Below are positions 9,075-19,173 of a DNA stretch of 64,000 nucleotides, piece by piece. Source of the stretch: Smithellaceae bacterium (GTDB taxonomy: Bacteria > Desulfobacterota > Syntrophia > Syntrophales > Smithellaceae). The position numbers were made by a program, and so were the translations under genes. The notes beneath the pieces were generated by a model that was given only the letters and a program-made list of their open reading frames with translations, did no database searches and was not told where the DNA came from. Where the stretch lies: the NCBI GenBank assembly GCA_963667845.2, contig CAXXVL010000001.1, positions 288,001-352,000 of the forward strand, read 5' to 3'. The stretch's first letter is position 1. Every line of letters starts with the position of its first letter.

Positions 9075-11318
9075 ATGGAAGAATGGAAGAAAACGACCTG
9101 CGCGATTTGCGGCATCCGCTGCAGTCTTGAAGTGAAAGTTGAAGGGAACCGTATTGTCAAGGCCCGCCCTGACAAGGACAGCCCGGTCAGCGAGGGATAC
9201 ATCTGCCGAAAGGGCATGAACCTCGCTTATCACCAGCACAATGCGGACCGGCTGCTGTACCCGTTAAAGAGGGTGGGAAATAAATTTGAACGTATAAGCT
9301 GGAATCAGGCCATCGGTGAGATCTCAGAAAAACTCAAAAAACTGCTTCAGGACCACGGCCCGCGGTCCCTGGCCTCGATGGTCGGGGGCGGGGAATTCAA
9401 CTTCTACCCGTGGCGTTTCCTGATCGGTTTCGTTGACGCTCTCGGGTCGCGTTACCATTACTCAGCCGGCAACCAGGAGTTTGCCGGCCGGTACTGGGCG
9501 CATGGTCTGACATTGGGAAGCCAACTTCTGGAGCTGGTACCTGATTATAAGCATACGGACATGATGATGGTCTTCGGTTGGAATGGGATGATGAGCCATC
9601 AAATACCCCAGGCCAGGAGAGTATTGACCGGCATCTCCAAAGATCCTGACAAACTGCTTGTCGTGATCGATCCGCGGCGTTCGGAAACGGCGAAAATCGC
9701 GGACATTCACCTGGCGCTTCGGCCGGGTACCGATGCCCTGCTGCTGAAATCGATGATCGCCATCATCCTTCGTGAGGGCTTATATGACCGGGAATACATC
9801 GACAGGCACGTCAGTGGATTCCAGGAGATACTCCCCTGGTTCGATGGATTTGAAGTGAAGGCGGCGCTGAAGGTCTGCGAACTCCCGTACGACCAGGTGT
9901 TCCGGGTTTGCCAGGAATTCGCCAAACGCCAGTCCTGCCTGCGTGACGATCTGGGCATCCTGATGAACCGGCACAGCGCCTTTGTATCCTATCTACTCGC
10001 GGTGCTGCTGGCGATCTGCGGACGCATCGGTGTGCCGGGGGGAAACTACCTCGTTGGCGAGAAAATATACTCGGATCCGAACGACCCGAAGACGTGGAGG
10101 ACGGCCGTGACCGATATCCCGGCCATCGCGGGGACGTTCCCTCCCAATGTGATGCCGGAAGAGATCGTAAGCGACCGTCCCGACCGGATCAGATCCGTCT
10201 TCGTCATGGGCGCGAATCCATTACGGTCTTATGCGGATACGACCGCCTATGAAAAGGCATTCGGGCGGCTTGATCTACTGGTGGTCGCCGAAATCGTCAT
10301 GAGCGAGACCGCCGCGCTTGCACACTACGTCTTGCCCTGCAGGTCAACCTATGAATCCTGGAGCCCTGCGGACGCGATTATCCCCTCCACAACCAACAGG
10401 GGCTTTCTGGACGTCATCAGCCGGATGCGCCGGCCTGTTGTCGAGGTTGAAGGAGAGCAGAAAGAAACGGGAGAGATCTTCACCCTTCTGGCCGATGCCA
10501 TGGGGCTGTTGTCCGCACTTCCCGACTCACTGTACTCGACTGCGGGCAGCAGCGACCTGAGAACATACCGCGACGCGCTGATACAGTATCTCACGGAGCA
10601 TCCCGAGAACCTGAACATGACACCCTTCATCGTGGCCAAGACGCTGGGCAATGCCACCGGTTCCGCTCAGCTGGCCAATTATTTTACCGGCCTGTTACAG
10701 CGCTCCCGGATGAAGCAAGGGGAGGCGGCACAGGTGGGATTTGACACCGGACCGGACCAGGGACTGGCCATCTACAAGGCCATCATAGATCACCCGGAAG
10801 GTGTCCTGGTCGGCGTGCAGGATTTAGCGAAAAATCTTGGTCGTGTGGCCACAAAGGATGGCAGGATCCGGATTCATGCAGCAGAAGTAGAAGACTGGAT
10901 AAAGGGAATCAAGCCTGATGATGAAGAAAAAAGGCTGGAGGCCGATGCGGCCTTTCCATTGCTCCTGATGGCGGGACGCCACATGGACATGAATGCCAAC
11001 ACGGGCATGAGGAACCCTGCGTGGAACGAAGGCAAGCGGCCCTGCACCCTGGCGATGAATCCGGCGGACGCTGAGAAATACGGGTTTTCCGACGGACAAA
11101 TGGTGAAGGTTATCACCGAGGCGGGCGAAGAAACCATCGAGATAGAGGTGACCGGGGATGCCAGAGCCGGGCAGGTCATTATTCCGCACGGATTTGGCCT
11201 GGTCTACGATGGCGTTAAGTATGGCGCTAACGTCAACCGCTTAACAAAAAACACAAACCGAGATTTTGTCGGAACCCCGATGCACCGGTATGTGCCATGC
11301 CGAATCGAGGCCCTCTGA
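9075..11318 (+). CDS. Molybdopterin (Mo/W-bisPGD) oxidoreductase, catalytic subunit, substrate unknown
   Basis: CAICGIRC..GYICRKG Fe-S motif, IDPRRSETA..AD.HL.LRPGTD, MNP.DA...G..DG.V C-terminal domain. Confidence 0.92.
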   Translation: MEEWKKTTCAICGIRCSLEVKVEGNRIVKARPDKDSPVSEGYICRKGMNLAYHQHNADRLLYPLKRVGNKFERISWNQAIGEISEKLKKLLQDHGPRSLASMVGGGEFNFYPWRFLIGFVDALGSRYHYSAGNQEFAGRYWAHGLTLGSQLLELVPDYKHTDMMMVFGWNGMMSHQIPQARRVLTGISKDPDKLLVVIDPRRSETAKIADIHLALRPGTDALLLKSMIAIILREGLYDREYIDRHVSGFQEILPWFDGFEVKAALKVCELPYDQVFRVCQEFAKRQSCLRDDLGILMNRHSAFVSYLLAVLLAICGRIGVPGGNYLVGEKIYSDPNDPKTWRTAVTDIPAIAGTFPPNVMPEEIVSDRPDRIRSVFVMGANPLRSYADTTAYEKAFGRLDLLVVAEIVMSETAALAHYVLPCRSTYESWSPADAIIPSTTNRGFLDVISRMRRPVVEVEGEQKETGEIFTLLADAMGLLSALPDSLYSTAGSSDLRTYRDALIQYLTEHPENLNMTPFIVAKTLGNATGSAQLANYFTGLLQRSRMKQGEAAQVGFDTGPDQGLAIYKAIIDHPEGVLVGVQDLAKNLGRVATKDGRIRIHAAEVEDWIKGIKPDDEEKRLEADAAFPLLLMAGRHMDMNANTGMRNPAWNEGKRPCTLAMNPADAEKYGFSDGQMVKVITEAGEETIEIEVTGDARAGQVIIPHGFGLVYDGVKYGANVNRLTKNTNRDFVGTPMHRYVPCRIEAL

Positions 11319-11390
11319 TGCCGGGAGAAAACGCACACAGTCGAATCATCCTGGCGTCCATGCCCTGAAGTTATCGAGAGTAGAGCATAT

Positions 11391-11983
11391 ATGAACATTT
11401 GTACCTATTCGTTTGAAGAGTATCTGCATCTGGTGAAGTCTTTTCACGGCCATCTCGCGCCGGGATTAATCGTCGGTGGATTCATGGTTGATCTCGCCAT
11501 GAAGCATCTCCCTGAGGGTGAATTTTTTGATGCGGTCTGCGAAACACCGGTGTGCCTGCCCGACGCCGTGCAGATCCTCACCCCCTGCACAATCGGGAAC
11601 GGCTGGTTGAGCATTGTTCCTTTCGGTAAATTCGCCGTGACGCTTTATGAAAAATACAGTGGCAAAGGCGTGCGGGTTTATCTGCGCACTGAGAAACTGG
11701 ATGCCTGGCCGGAAGTGCGCGACTCGTACCTCAAAAAGAAGAAAAAGCACGAGCAGGACAAAGACCTGCTGATGGCGCAGATTAAAGAGGCTGGAGGCGG
11801 ATTGCTTGGTGTGCAGAAGCTGCAGGTTGATCCGGATAAAGTTCGCCGCCAGAAAATGGGGCAGGCATTTGCCCGGTCTGCGGCGAGGCTTACCCAATGC
11901 GTGACGGAGACAAATGCCGGAGTTGTCAGGGTGAGACGCCTTACAAAAATGCGGTTGTCGTCACCAATAAACTTAAAATCTGA
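11391..11983 (+). pseudogene. FmdE-family copy 2, frameshifted near 11866
   Basis: Close paralog of 5827-6408. CAGGTCCGTATTTGT has become CAGGCATTTGC (net -4 nt). The zinc finger (ICPVCGEAYPMRDGDKCRSCQG) continues in another frame to TGA at 11983. Confidence 0.8.
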
Positions 11984-12064
11984 GGGAGGAACAGATGAGC
12001 CGGTTGGGTGTCGACATCCGGCGCGTATCCGGATTTAAACGGGCAGGCGCCCGGGATGCCTTTG

Positions 12065-12772
12065 CTACGGAGCGTCGATCTCGCTGGCAGGAGGAAACAG
12101 GATGTTGAACGGATCGATTGAGACCGCGATGAGCGGCCTTGCAGCGGAGAGATCGGGAAAGTACTTCTGATTCGATTGCAGCGACCGGATCAACGCCAAA
12201 CGCCCCCGGCCCCGGCCGCTGAAGTTGGTTTGCAGATAGGAGCCCTGCTTTCCCTGCAGGAGCGGGAAGGGCAGAAGCTTTGTGCTGACGGGAAAGCGCG
12301 GTCCCGCGACTTTGATTTCCATTTGAAAAAAAGTTCCACCGCTCGCGGCGACTTCAATTTTTTCCAGGTCGTTTCTTTTCGAAAAATGAAATTCCGCCAG
12401 TTCCTTGGGAATCGCCCAGTTCTTCCGTCCGTTTAAAACGCTGTCCATTGTGGAGACATAGATTTTGGTAATCCGGTGCCATCGCCCGCCATTTACGTGA
12501 ACTTTCCCCGGGATAAAGAGCAGCTCCGAATACGGCCCGGCGTCGGATGAGGCATAATCAGCAATCATCAATGCGCCCAGTCCCCCGGCAGGCGTTATCC
12601 CCTCATCCGGGGGAAGGAACGCCTTCTCATTGAAAAACTCCCGGTTGAATTTATAAAGAACCATAAAACCCCGTCCCGTGAGATTCCAGGGCGCGGGCAC
12701 CGCGGGCACGCGACTGGACGCGTTTTCGGGATCGGCAAGAGTATTTCCTGAGGCAGGATAGTCAATATTCAT
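12065..12772 (-). CDS. Acetoacetate decarboxylase-family protein (start uncertain)
   Basis: PAPW.L.G, Y..SDAGPY.EL, I..IYVS...S...GR.NWAIPKELAEF. Confidence 0.85.
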   Translation of the reverse strand: MNIDYPASGNTLADPENASSRVPAVPAPWNLTGRGFMVLYKFNREFFNEKAFLPPDEGITPAGGLGALMIADYASSDAGPYSELLFIPGKVHVNGGRWHRITKIYVSTMDSVLNGRKNWAIPKELAEFHFSKRNDLEKIEVAASGGTFFQMEIKVAGPRFPVSTKLLPFPLLQGKQGSYLQTNFSGRGRGRLALIRSLQSNQKYFPDLSAARPLIAVSIDPFNILFPPASEIDAP

Positions 12773-13076
12773 GCTTACTGGCCTTTTTGCAGTCCGGTCT
12801 TTAGCCACTCTTTTTTAGAATAGATGTGTTTTGCGGTTCAATCGACGGATCGATTGAACCCACAAGAAATGAATATCCCGGCCCGAACAGGGACGAACGG
12901 GCGTTATAGGACATCAAGCTGAAAGAATGGATTGCCGGGGACTGTCACGATTTCCGTCTGGATGAGGAGGCCTAAGCAACCAATTGCGCACCTGAGGTTA
13001 AATGACGCATCTTGAAAGATGCGACGAACCCGTGAGGCGGCGAAACATCGTCTGGACAGTCATCTCGTGATTTCTG

Positions 13077-13190
13077 TCAGGGCTTTCTTTTCGGCTGCTT
13101 ATCGAACTTGTCTTTTGATTTTTGTTTCTGTTTTTCAGCGCTTTGCTTCTGACCTTTTTCCTTATCCTTCTTGCCGCCTTTGTCTCCCAT
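13077..13190 (-). CDS. Small Lys-rich protein, 37 aa (MGDKGGKKDKEKGQKQSAEKQKQKSKDKFDKQPKRKP), absent from the ORF track
   Basis: SD-like GGGGTGA just upstream of ATG; clean purine-rich coding pattern. Confidence 0.6.
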   Translation of the reverse strand: MGDKGGKKDKEKGQKQSAEKQKQKSKDKFDKQPKRKP

Positions 13191-13299
13191 GATATCACCC
13201 CTTTTGTGTTTTTTTAAAAACAGTATCCGGTAGTGTGGCATTGGATGCAGACAGTAAACCGCTTCCTAATGAATAGCTTTACACAGAAAGACGCAGAGG

Positions 13300-13491
13300 T
13301 CAATTGGGACTTTGGGCAAGACTCGCCGCTGCAATCGGCTCAGCGTTATACGAATGCGTAAGCGGAGCAGGCGTCCTGGCAAAGGTCTTCTTCTGCCGGG
13401 TCATCATGCGTTTTAATTCCTTGACGGCCTGCTTTTGCTGTCTTGCTCTTTCTCTGGGCTGCGTTCCGCTGTTATTCCTGGGCTTCGGCAT
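13300..13491 (-). CDS. Small basic hypothetical protein downstream of the cold-shock gene
   Basis: SD AGGAG 6 nt before ATG; basic helical N-terminal half. Confidence 0.5.
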   Translation of the reverse strand: MPKPRNNSGTQPRERARQQKQAVKELKRMMTRQKKTFARTPAPLTHSYNAEPIAAASLAQSPN

Positions 13492-13546
13492 TTTAAACTC
13501 CTGTTTTATCTTTTCCGGAAATGTAAGAGGCTATGCTGAAAAATAG

Positions 13547-13577
13547 AGAGGCGCTCCACTTTCGCAGAGCGCCTCTT
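13547..13577. terminator. Hairpin just downstream of the cold-shock gene
   Basis: AGAGGCGCTC...GAGCGCCTCT inverted repeat. Confidence 0.55.
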
Positions 13578-13598
13578 ACTGATTTTACTTGATTTTAA

Positions 13599-13799
13599 TT
13601 AGCAGAGTTTCACGTTTTCCGCTGCGGGGCCTTTTGCGCCCTGAACAACATCGAAGCTTACAGCCTGGCCTTCGGCCAGTGTCTTGAAACCGGTGGCCTG
13701 AATAGCGCTGAAATGGACGAAAATGTCCCCGCCATCACTCTTCTCGATAAATCCGAAGCCCTTGGCTTCATTGAACCATTTTACTTTACCTTCTGACAT
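13599..13799 (-). CDS. csp: Cold-shock protein (CspA family)
   Basis: [24 protein letters not shown]...GFKTL.EGQ.V; SD AGGAGG. Confidence 0.97.
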   Translation of the reverse strand: MSEGKVKWFNEAKGFGFIEKSDGGDIFVHFSAIQATGFKTLAEGQAVSFDVVQGAKGPAAENVKLC

Positions 13800-14506
13800 A
13801 ATTAGTATCCTCCTTTCTTAAATTTACCTTTAAGTCGAATGCCTTTATGACAGAGATAAAAAAACCACCAATACTAGAACGCGTAAGGTGGCCGCCTTTG
13901 CACTTCAATTTGTCATAACGCAACTTTTTCTGTATTCTACTGACAAAAGACCAATGAAAAATACAGGATATGGCTGCACGCTATGTTACTTATGCTGCAA
14001 TGTCAAGCCATATTAATATTGTTAATTACGATGATGGTCCCGGTGGTTCTTGTCAGGCAGATGGTAATTATTTGATTGCCTTTCAACGCAGGTATCCATT
14101 GTCAACGTCCGGCAAGCGTTCTTTTGTTCTTCTCACCCCAATTAATAATCTTGACGTCCAAAAGGAGGAAGCAGGAGCGGTACCTCAAACTATCAAGGCA
14201 GTCTTCGTTTACTCTCCTTGCCGATTGTCAGAATCCTCTTATTATGCTATCGTAAAAAGAAATTGCTTTAATGTTCATACCAATCCTGAATCAGAGACTC
14301 ATCATCAGCCGGCAACCGCGAATCCATTTTTCCGCTCGACCTCAGCGCCGCTCTATTTTGCAGAGATATATCCATAGACTGTTGACATTACGGATGATCC
14401 TTTGGTCCTTATGCTCAGGGATCATGGATCCGTCCGTTACGTTTAAAATCGTGGCGAATGTATATTTATTCAACTCAACCACCACCAGGACTTAAGGAGG
14501 CAAATC

Positions 14507-16063
14507 ATGTCGGAAGAAAAAAAGCAGTCGTTAACCAGAAGGAATTTTTTGAAAACAGCAGGAGGTGCGGCGGCAGTCGCCGGACTGGCCACAACCGGTC
14601 TGGCGGCAACCCCCTGGAAAGCGGACGCGGCCGCGATCCCCAAGAAATGGGATGAAACCTATGACGTTGTCATTGTGGGCAGCGGCTTCGCGGGACTTGC
14701 CGCCGCTTATGAGGCCAAGAAAGCGGGGGCATCCGTGGTCATTCTCGAGAAAATGCGTACACCGGGCGGCAATTCCATTATCAATGGCGGCGTCGTCTCT
14801 GCAGCCGGTTCGCCCAAGGAAAAGGAACAGGGCATTGAGGATTCTCCGGAGCTGCTTCTCAAAGACATGCTGACGGCCGGGTTGCACTTAAACCATGTTG
14901 AGTTGGCCAAGCTGGTTGCGGACAACTCCAATGCAACGGTTCAGTGGACGATCACGGAGCTCGGCGTTCAGTATAAGGATAAACTGTCGCAGGAAGGCGG
15001 TCACTCCGTACCCCGGATGTACAGCACTTACAACCAGAGCGGTTCGGCCATTGTCGTCCAGCAGCTGGCAAAGCTCAAAGAGCTGGGTGTTGCGCCCAGA
15101 ACGCAGAGCTATCTCACGCAGATTTATCGCGATGCGGACGGCCGGGTCAAAGGAATTCAAATTCGTGATAAATACGTATTCCCCAACGCAGACAGCGGCA
15201 AATTAAAGAACATCAAAGCCAGAAAAGCCGTGGTCCTGGCTACGGGTGGTTTCGGAAACGATGTTGCCTTCAGAACCATTCAGGATCCCCGCCTGACGGC
15301 CGAATTTCCCAGCACGAATCAGCCCGGCGCCACCGCGGAAAGCCTGCGCGAAGCCCTGCGCATCGGCTGCACGCCGCTGCAGCTATCGTGGATTCAGCTT
15401 GGCCCCTGGGGAAGCCCGGATGAAAAAGGCATGGGACTGTCGCCTTTCTTTGCCCAGCTTTGCGCCGCCATGTACGGCCTCTGGATTGACACGAAGACCG
15501 GCAGACGATTTGTTAACGAACTGGCCGACCGGAAGATCCGCGCCGATGCGATCATTCGCGTGGGCAACAAATGCATTGCCTTTACAGATGCCTATGGCTA
15601 CTCCCTGGGCCAGAAGTTAATCGCCGAGTCCATGCCCAAGCTGATGGAAAGAGGCGTGGTGAAAAAATACGAAACACTTGAGGAGATGGCGGCGGCTTAT
15701 AATTGCCCGGTTGGCCCCCTCAAGGAGGAGATTGAAAAATTCAATGCGGGCGTCGTGGCTGGCAAGGATGCGGAATGGGGCAGATATTTACAGAAAAATC
15801 AAAAGCCTCTCGGCCCCGGCCCTTACTACGCCTTACGTCTGACGCCCAAGATCCATCACTGCATGGGCGGCATAAACATGAACGTCAAGGCTCAGGCAAC
15901 GGATGTCCTGACGGACAAACCCATCCCCGGGTTATACGCAGCCGGCGAACTCACAGGCGGTGTGCACGGCGCCGTTCGGCTGGGAAGCTGTGCCACGCTG
16001 GATTGTCTGATCTTCGGCCGGATCGCCGGTCAGAACGCGGCGGCGGAAAAAAGCTGGGCGTAA
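14507..16063 (+). CDS. Tat-exported flavocytochrome c-type flavoprotein (FccA/urocanate/methacrylate reductase-like)
   Basis: TRRNFLK Tat signal, GSGFAG, GGHSVPR, ATGGF, HHCMGG, GGVHGAVRLGS. Confidence 0.9.
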   Translation: MSEEKKQSLTRRNFLKTAGGAAAVAGLATTGLAATPWKADAAAIPKKWDETYDVVIVGSGFAGLAAAYEAKKAGASVVILEKMRTPGGNSIINGGVVSAAGSPKEKEQGIEDSPELLLKDMLTAGLHLNHVELAKLVADNSNATVQWTITELGVQYKDKLSQEGGHSVPRMYSTYNQSGSAIVVQQLAKLKELGVAPRTQSYLTQIYRDADGRVKGIQIRDKYVFPNADSGKLKNIKARKAVVLATGGFGNDVAFRTIQDPRLTAEFPSTNQPGATAESLREALRIGCTPLQLSWIQLGPWGSPDEKGMGLSPFFAQLCAAMYGLWIDTKTGRRFVNELADRKIRADAIIRVGNKCIAFTDAYGYSLGQKLIAESMPKLMERGVVKKYETLEEMAAAYNCPVGPLKEEIEKFNAGVVAGKDAEWGRYLQKNQKPLGPGPYYALRLTPKIHHCMGGINMNVKAQATDVLTDKPIPGLYAAGELTGGVHGAVRLGSCATLDCLIFGRIAGQNAAAEKSWA

Positions 16064-16079
16064 TCTGAATCCCTGAAAT

Positions 16080-16120
16080 GAAAAGAGCTCTTTCCCGACC
16101 CGGGGAAGAGCTCTTTCTTT
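16080..16120 (+). terminator. Rho-independent terminator
   Basis: AAAGAGCTCTTTCC..GGGAAGAGCTCTTT followed by CTTT. Confidence 0.8.
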
Positions 16121-16255
16121 ACCTTCGAAAAGCTGCTATCAGGGCAAGTGACCTCATGTACCTTAAATAGAAGCGGTCCAATTTATTTCACAGTACAGGC
16201 AACTTACTGATGACGGCATCATCTGTAGGTTGAGTGCATAAAGCGACGACGATAA

Positions 16256-17227
16256 ATGATGTCTTCTTTTGAACCAGAAGTATGGGCAAATGAGTTGGCC
16301 GGACGGGGAAACGAAGCCGAGCTATTAGACTTGTTCCGCATGTCTTTCGGGCAGGAGATGCCGCCCGAACTCTGGCGTTGGAAATACCATGGTCTTGATA
16401 TACTGGGCACATTGGTGCGGTATAAGGATCGGCCTGTGGCTTTCTACGGGGGGATGCCGCGAGCGATTCACCTGTTTGGCTCACCGGCAACGGCTGTACA
16501 GATCGGCGATGTGATGGTTCATCCGGAGCAGCGCGATATCGCAACACGCAAGGGGCCCTTCCTCCAGGCGGCGTCATATTTTCTTGAACGTTTTGTTGGG
16601 CAGGACAAGACTTTTCCAATCGCTTTCGGCTTTCCATCGAAAAGAGTGTACCGTCTCGGTGCACTTCTGGGTCTTTACGAACGCGTCGGGGAGATCATGC
16701 GTGTTTCCTGGCCTGCTTTGCAAGCGCGTCCGAGTTACAAAGTTTGCCTGCGCCCCCTGAGTTGGGACAAGAGCGAAGCTGTTGACCGGTTGTGGCGGGA
16801 AATGGCCGAGACCTTGCGGGATCAAATCATCGGTGTGCGCGATTGGCCCTATGTGCAACAACGCTATCTGAACCATCCCACTATAAGTTATCACGCGTTT
16901 TTAGTATCTTCCCGTTGGACAGGATGCCCCATCGGCGTCTTCGTTATTCGACTGTTGGAAGACAGCGTGGAACTTATAGACATCATCGCACCTCTCCAAC
17001 GCATTGCCACCGTGGTTCACTGCCTGCGGAGGCTGACCTGGCGTCTAAATAAACCCCTGGTATATGCCTGGATTACAGCACAAAACGCCACGCTATTGGC
17101 CGGTGATACTGGTGATATCACCGCGACGGACATCATCATTCCCCACAACAAGTGGACAGCGGGCATTCCCGGGAGTGCGTTGCTTAACCGCTGGTGGCTG
17201 ATGGGGGGAGATACAGATTTTCGCTAA
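16256..17227 (+). CDS. GNAT-family acetyltransferase (type linked to surface-polysaccharide loci)
   Basis: LF...FG....LW.WKY, QIGDVMVHP..R, FGFP, C-terminal GGDTDFR. Confidence 0.8.
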   Translation: MMSSFEPEVWANELAGRGNEAELLDLFRMSFGQEMPPELWRWKYHGLDILGTLVRYKDRPVAFYGGMPRAIHLFGSPATAVQIGDVMVHPEQRDIATRKGPFLQAASYFLERFVGQDKTFPIAFGFPSKRVYRLGALLGLYERVGEIMRVSWPALQARPSYKVCLRPLSWDKSEAVDRLWREMAETLRDQIIGVRDWPYVQQRYLNHPTISYHAFLVSSRWTGCPIGVFVIRLLEDSVELIDIIAPLQRIATVVHCLRRLTWRLNKPLVYAWITAQNATLLAGDTGDITATDIIIPHNKWTAGIPGSALLNRWWLMGGDTDFR

Positions 17228-17264
17228 GCCTCTGTTTCAAAAAAAATCTGTAAACAGGATATCC

Positions 17265-18941
17265 ATGGAAAATAAAATAATTCCCTATCAAGCGACCCGA
17301 TGTATTCATGCAAACTCCGTACTGGTTTTTGCTCCCCATCCCGACGACGAGGTCTTTGGTTGTGGTGGAGGCATTATGCGTCACGTCCTGGCGGACATAC
17401 CGGTTCACGTGGTGATCATAAGCGATGGCGCTTATGATCCCGGAGATATGGAACGCAAAGAGATGGTTGAGATCCGCGAGGCGGAAAGCCGCAAGGCTGC
17501 CGATGTTCTTGGTTACGGCGAACCGGAATTTTGGCGCCTGCCCGATCGGAACGTGATTTATGGTGAGGCTTTAATCAGGCGGATTGCGGATGAAATTCAA
17601 AACACCGCCGCAAACCTGGTGTATGCGCCATCGCAGATGGAAATGCATCCTGACCATCGCGCTGTCGCCATGTGTGTCGTCGAAGCCGTCAGGCGGGCGC
17701 CATCCAAGCCTCTTCTGGCGCTTTATGAAGTGGGTACACCCTTGCGCCCCAACTTGCTTCTCGATATCAGCGACCTTTCCGTGCGCAAGATGACGGCGAT
17801 GGAATGCTTTGCCTCACAGAACAAAAAGCAGCGCTACGATTTGGATATAGCCGCACTCAATCGCTACCGCACCTATACGTTGCCGGCAGAAGTGACATCG
17901 GCGGAAGCCTACAGCCTGGTTTCTGCCATAGAGCTGGCAAGTGATCCGTTTAAGCTCTATCAATCGGAATATAATTTCCAAAGGGACTTGAGACTTGCTA
18001 CGGATACCATGGATGTGCCGCTGGTTTCGGTGATCATCCGCAGTACAGATAGACCTACGTTATTAGAATCGCTGGATTCCATTGCCCTTCAGACCTACCC
18101 CAATATTGAAGTGGTTGTCGTGAATGCCAAAGGTGGAGGGCATTCCAAACAGGGTGAACGGTGCGGACATTTTCCGGTACGGGTCGTCGATACGGGAGAA
18201 ATGTTGCGGCGAAGTCGCGCCGGTAATGTCGGATTGTGCAACGCCAAAGGAGACTTTATCATCTTTCTCGACGACGACGATTGGTTCATGCCGGATCATA
18301 TATCCACGCTCATGGATGCTTTAAGGAGCAATCCCGACAAAACGGTTGCCTATAGCTGTGCAACCTGTGTCAATGAACAAAACGAACCCACTGGCGGCCA
18401 CTTTTGCCAGCCATTTGATCGGACGTTGTTATTGGCGGGAAATTATATCCCCATCCATGCCGCCTTGTTTTCCCGAACAATCGTAGATGGTGGTTGCCGC
18501 ATGGATGAATCACTGGATTTGTATGAGGACTGGGATTTTTGGTTACAGGCTGCAACTTACGGCGATTTCATTTTTGTGGATCATGTCAGCGCTTATGTTC
18601 GAATGGGGGGCCAGTTCGGTCAAAGCTGTACGGCTGATGCCATAAGTGCACAGAAAATAACCACATATCTATTTGAAAAATGGCGTAAGGAATGGCGACG
18701 TGAAGATCTTTTGAAGATCATGGCCTCTGTGCAGGGGTATAGAGCAAAAGTGAATGAGCTGACGACCGAGCGCGATGCTGTGGCGGTTGACTGCGGTAAA
18801 CAGATCGCCGGTCTCAATCAGGCATTATTGGAAAGGGAAAGCGTTATCCAGCGCATTCTATTGTCAAAATCATGGCGCTTAACGCAACCATTGCGCGCAT
18901 TAAAGACATTTTTTTTAACGCGGGTGTCACAAAATAAGTAA
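17265..18941 (+). CDS. PIG-L/LmbE deacetylase fused to a family 2 glycosyltransferase
   Basis: APHPDDE..GCGG, HPDH, then VSVII, FLDDDD, EDWD; C-terminal S.SWRLT.PLR. Confidence 0.9.
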   Translation: MENKIIPYQATRCIHANSVLVFAPHPDDEVFGCGGGIMRHVLADIPVHVVIISDGAYDPGDMERKEMVEIREAESRKAADVLGYGEPEFWRLPDRNVIYGEALIRRIADEIQNTAANLVYAPSQMEMHPDHRAVAMCVVEAVRRAPSKPLLALYEVGTPLRPNLLLDISDLSVRKMTAMECFASQNKKQRYDLDIAALNRYRTYTLPAEVTSAEAYSLVSAIELASDPFKLYQSEYNFQRDLRLATDTMDVPLVSVIIRSTDRPTLLESLDSIALQTYPNIEVVVVNAKGGGHSKQGERCGHFPVRVVDTGEMLRRSRAGNVGLCNAKGDFIIFLDDDDWFMPDHISTLMDALRSNPDKTVAYSCATCVNEQNEPTGGHFCQPFDRTLLLAGNYIPIHAALFSRTIVDGGCRMDESLDLYEDWDFWLQAATYGDFIFVDHVSAYVRMGGQFGQSCTADAISAQKITTYLFEKWRKEWRREDLLKIMASVQGYRAKVNELTTERDAVAVDCGKQIAGLNQALLERESVIQRILLSKSWRLTQPLRALKTFFLTRVSQNK

Positions 18942-19173
18942 CAGTTTAGTCACTTTATTTAATAATGGGGACTGTTGTGAACCTACCCCAATCTTTTACT
19001 GGCGGGGGTGGTGCAACGCGCCGGGGATGCAACTGCGATTTGTTAAAAATTGATTGATGTGTTCTGTTAGAAATGGACAGTAACTTAGAATTCCGGGGGT
19101 GTCCCTTGGGCAATGCTAGGCGGTTCGTAATGCTCACGTGAGCCAGGAAGAGACTTGCCACCTGCTTTCCCGA

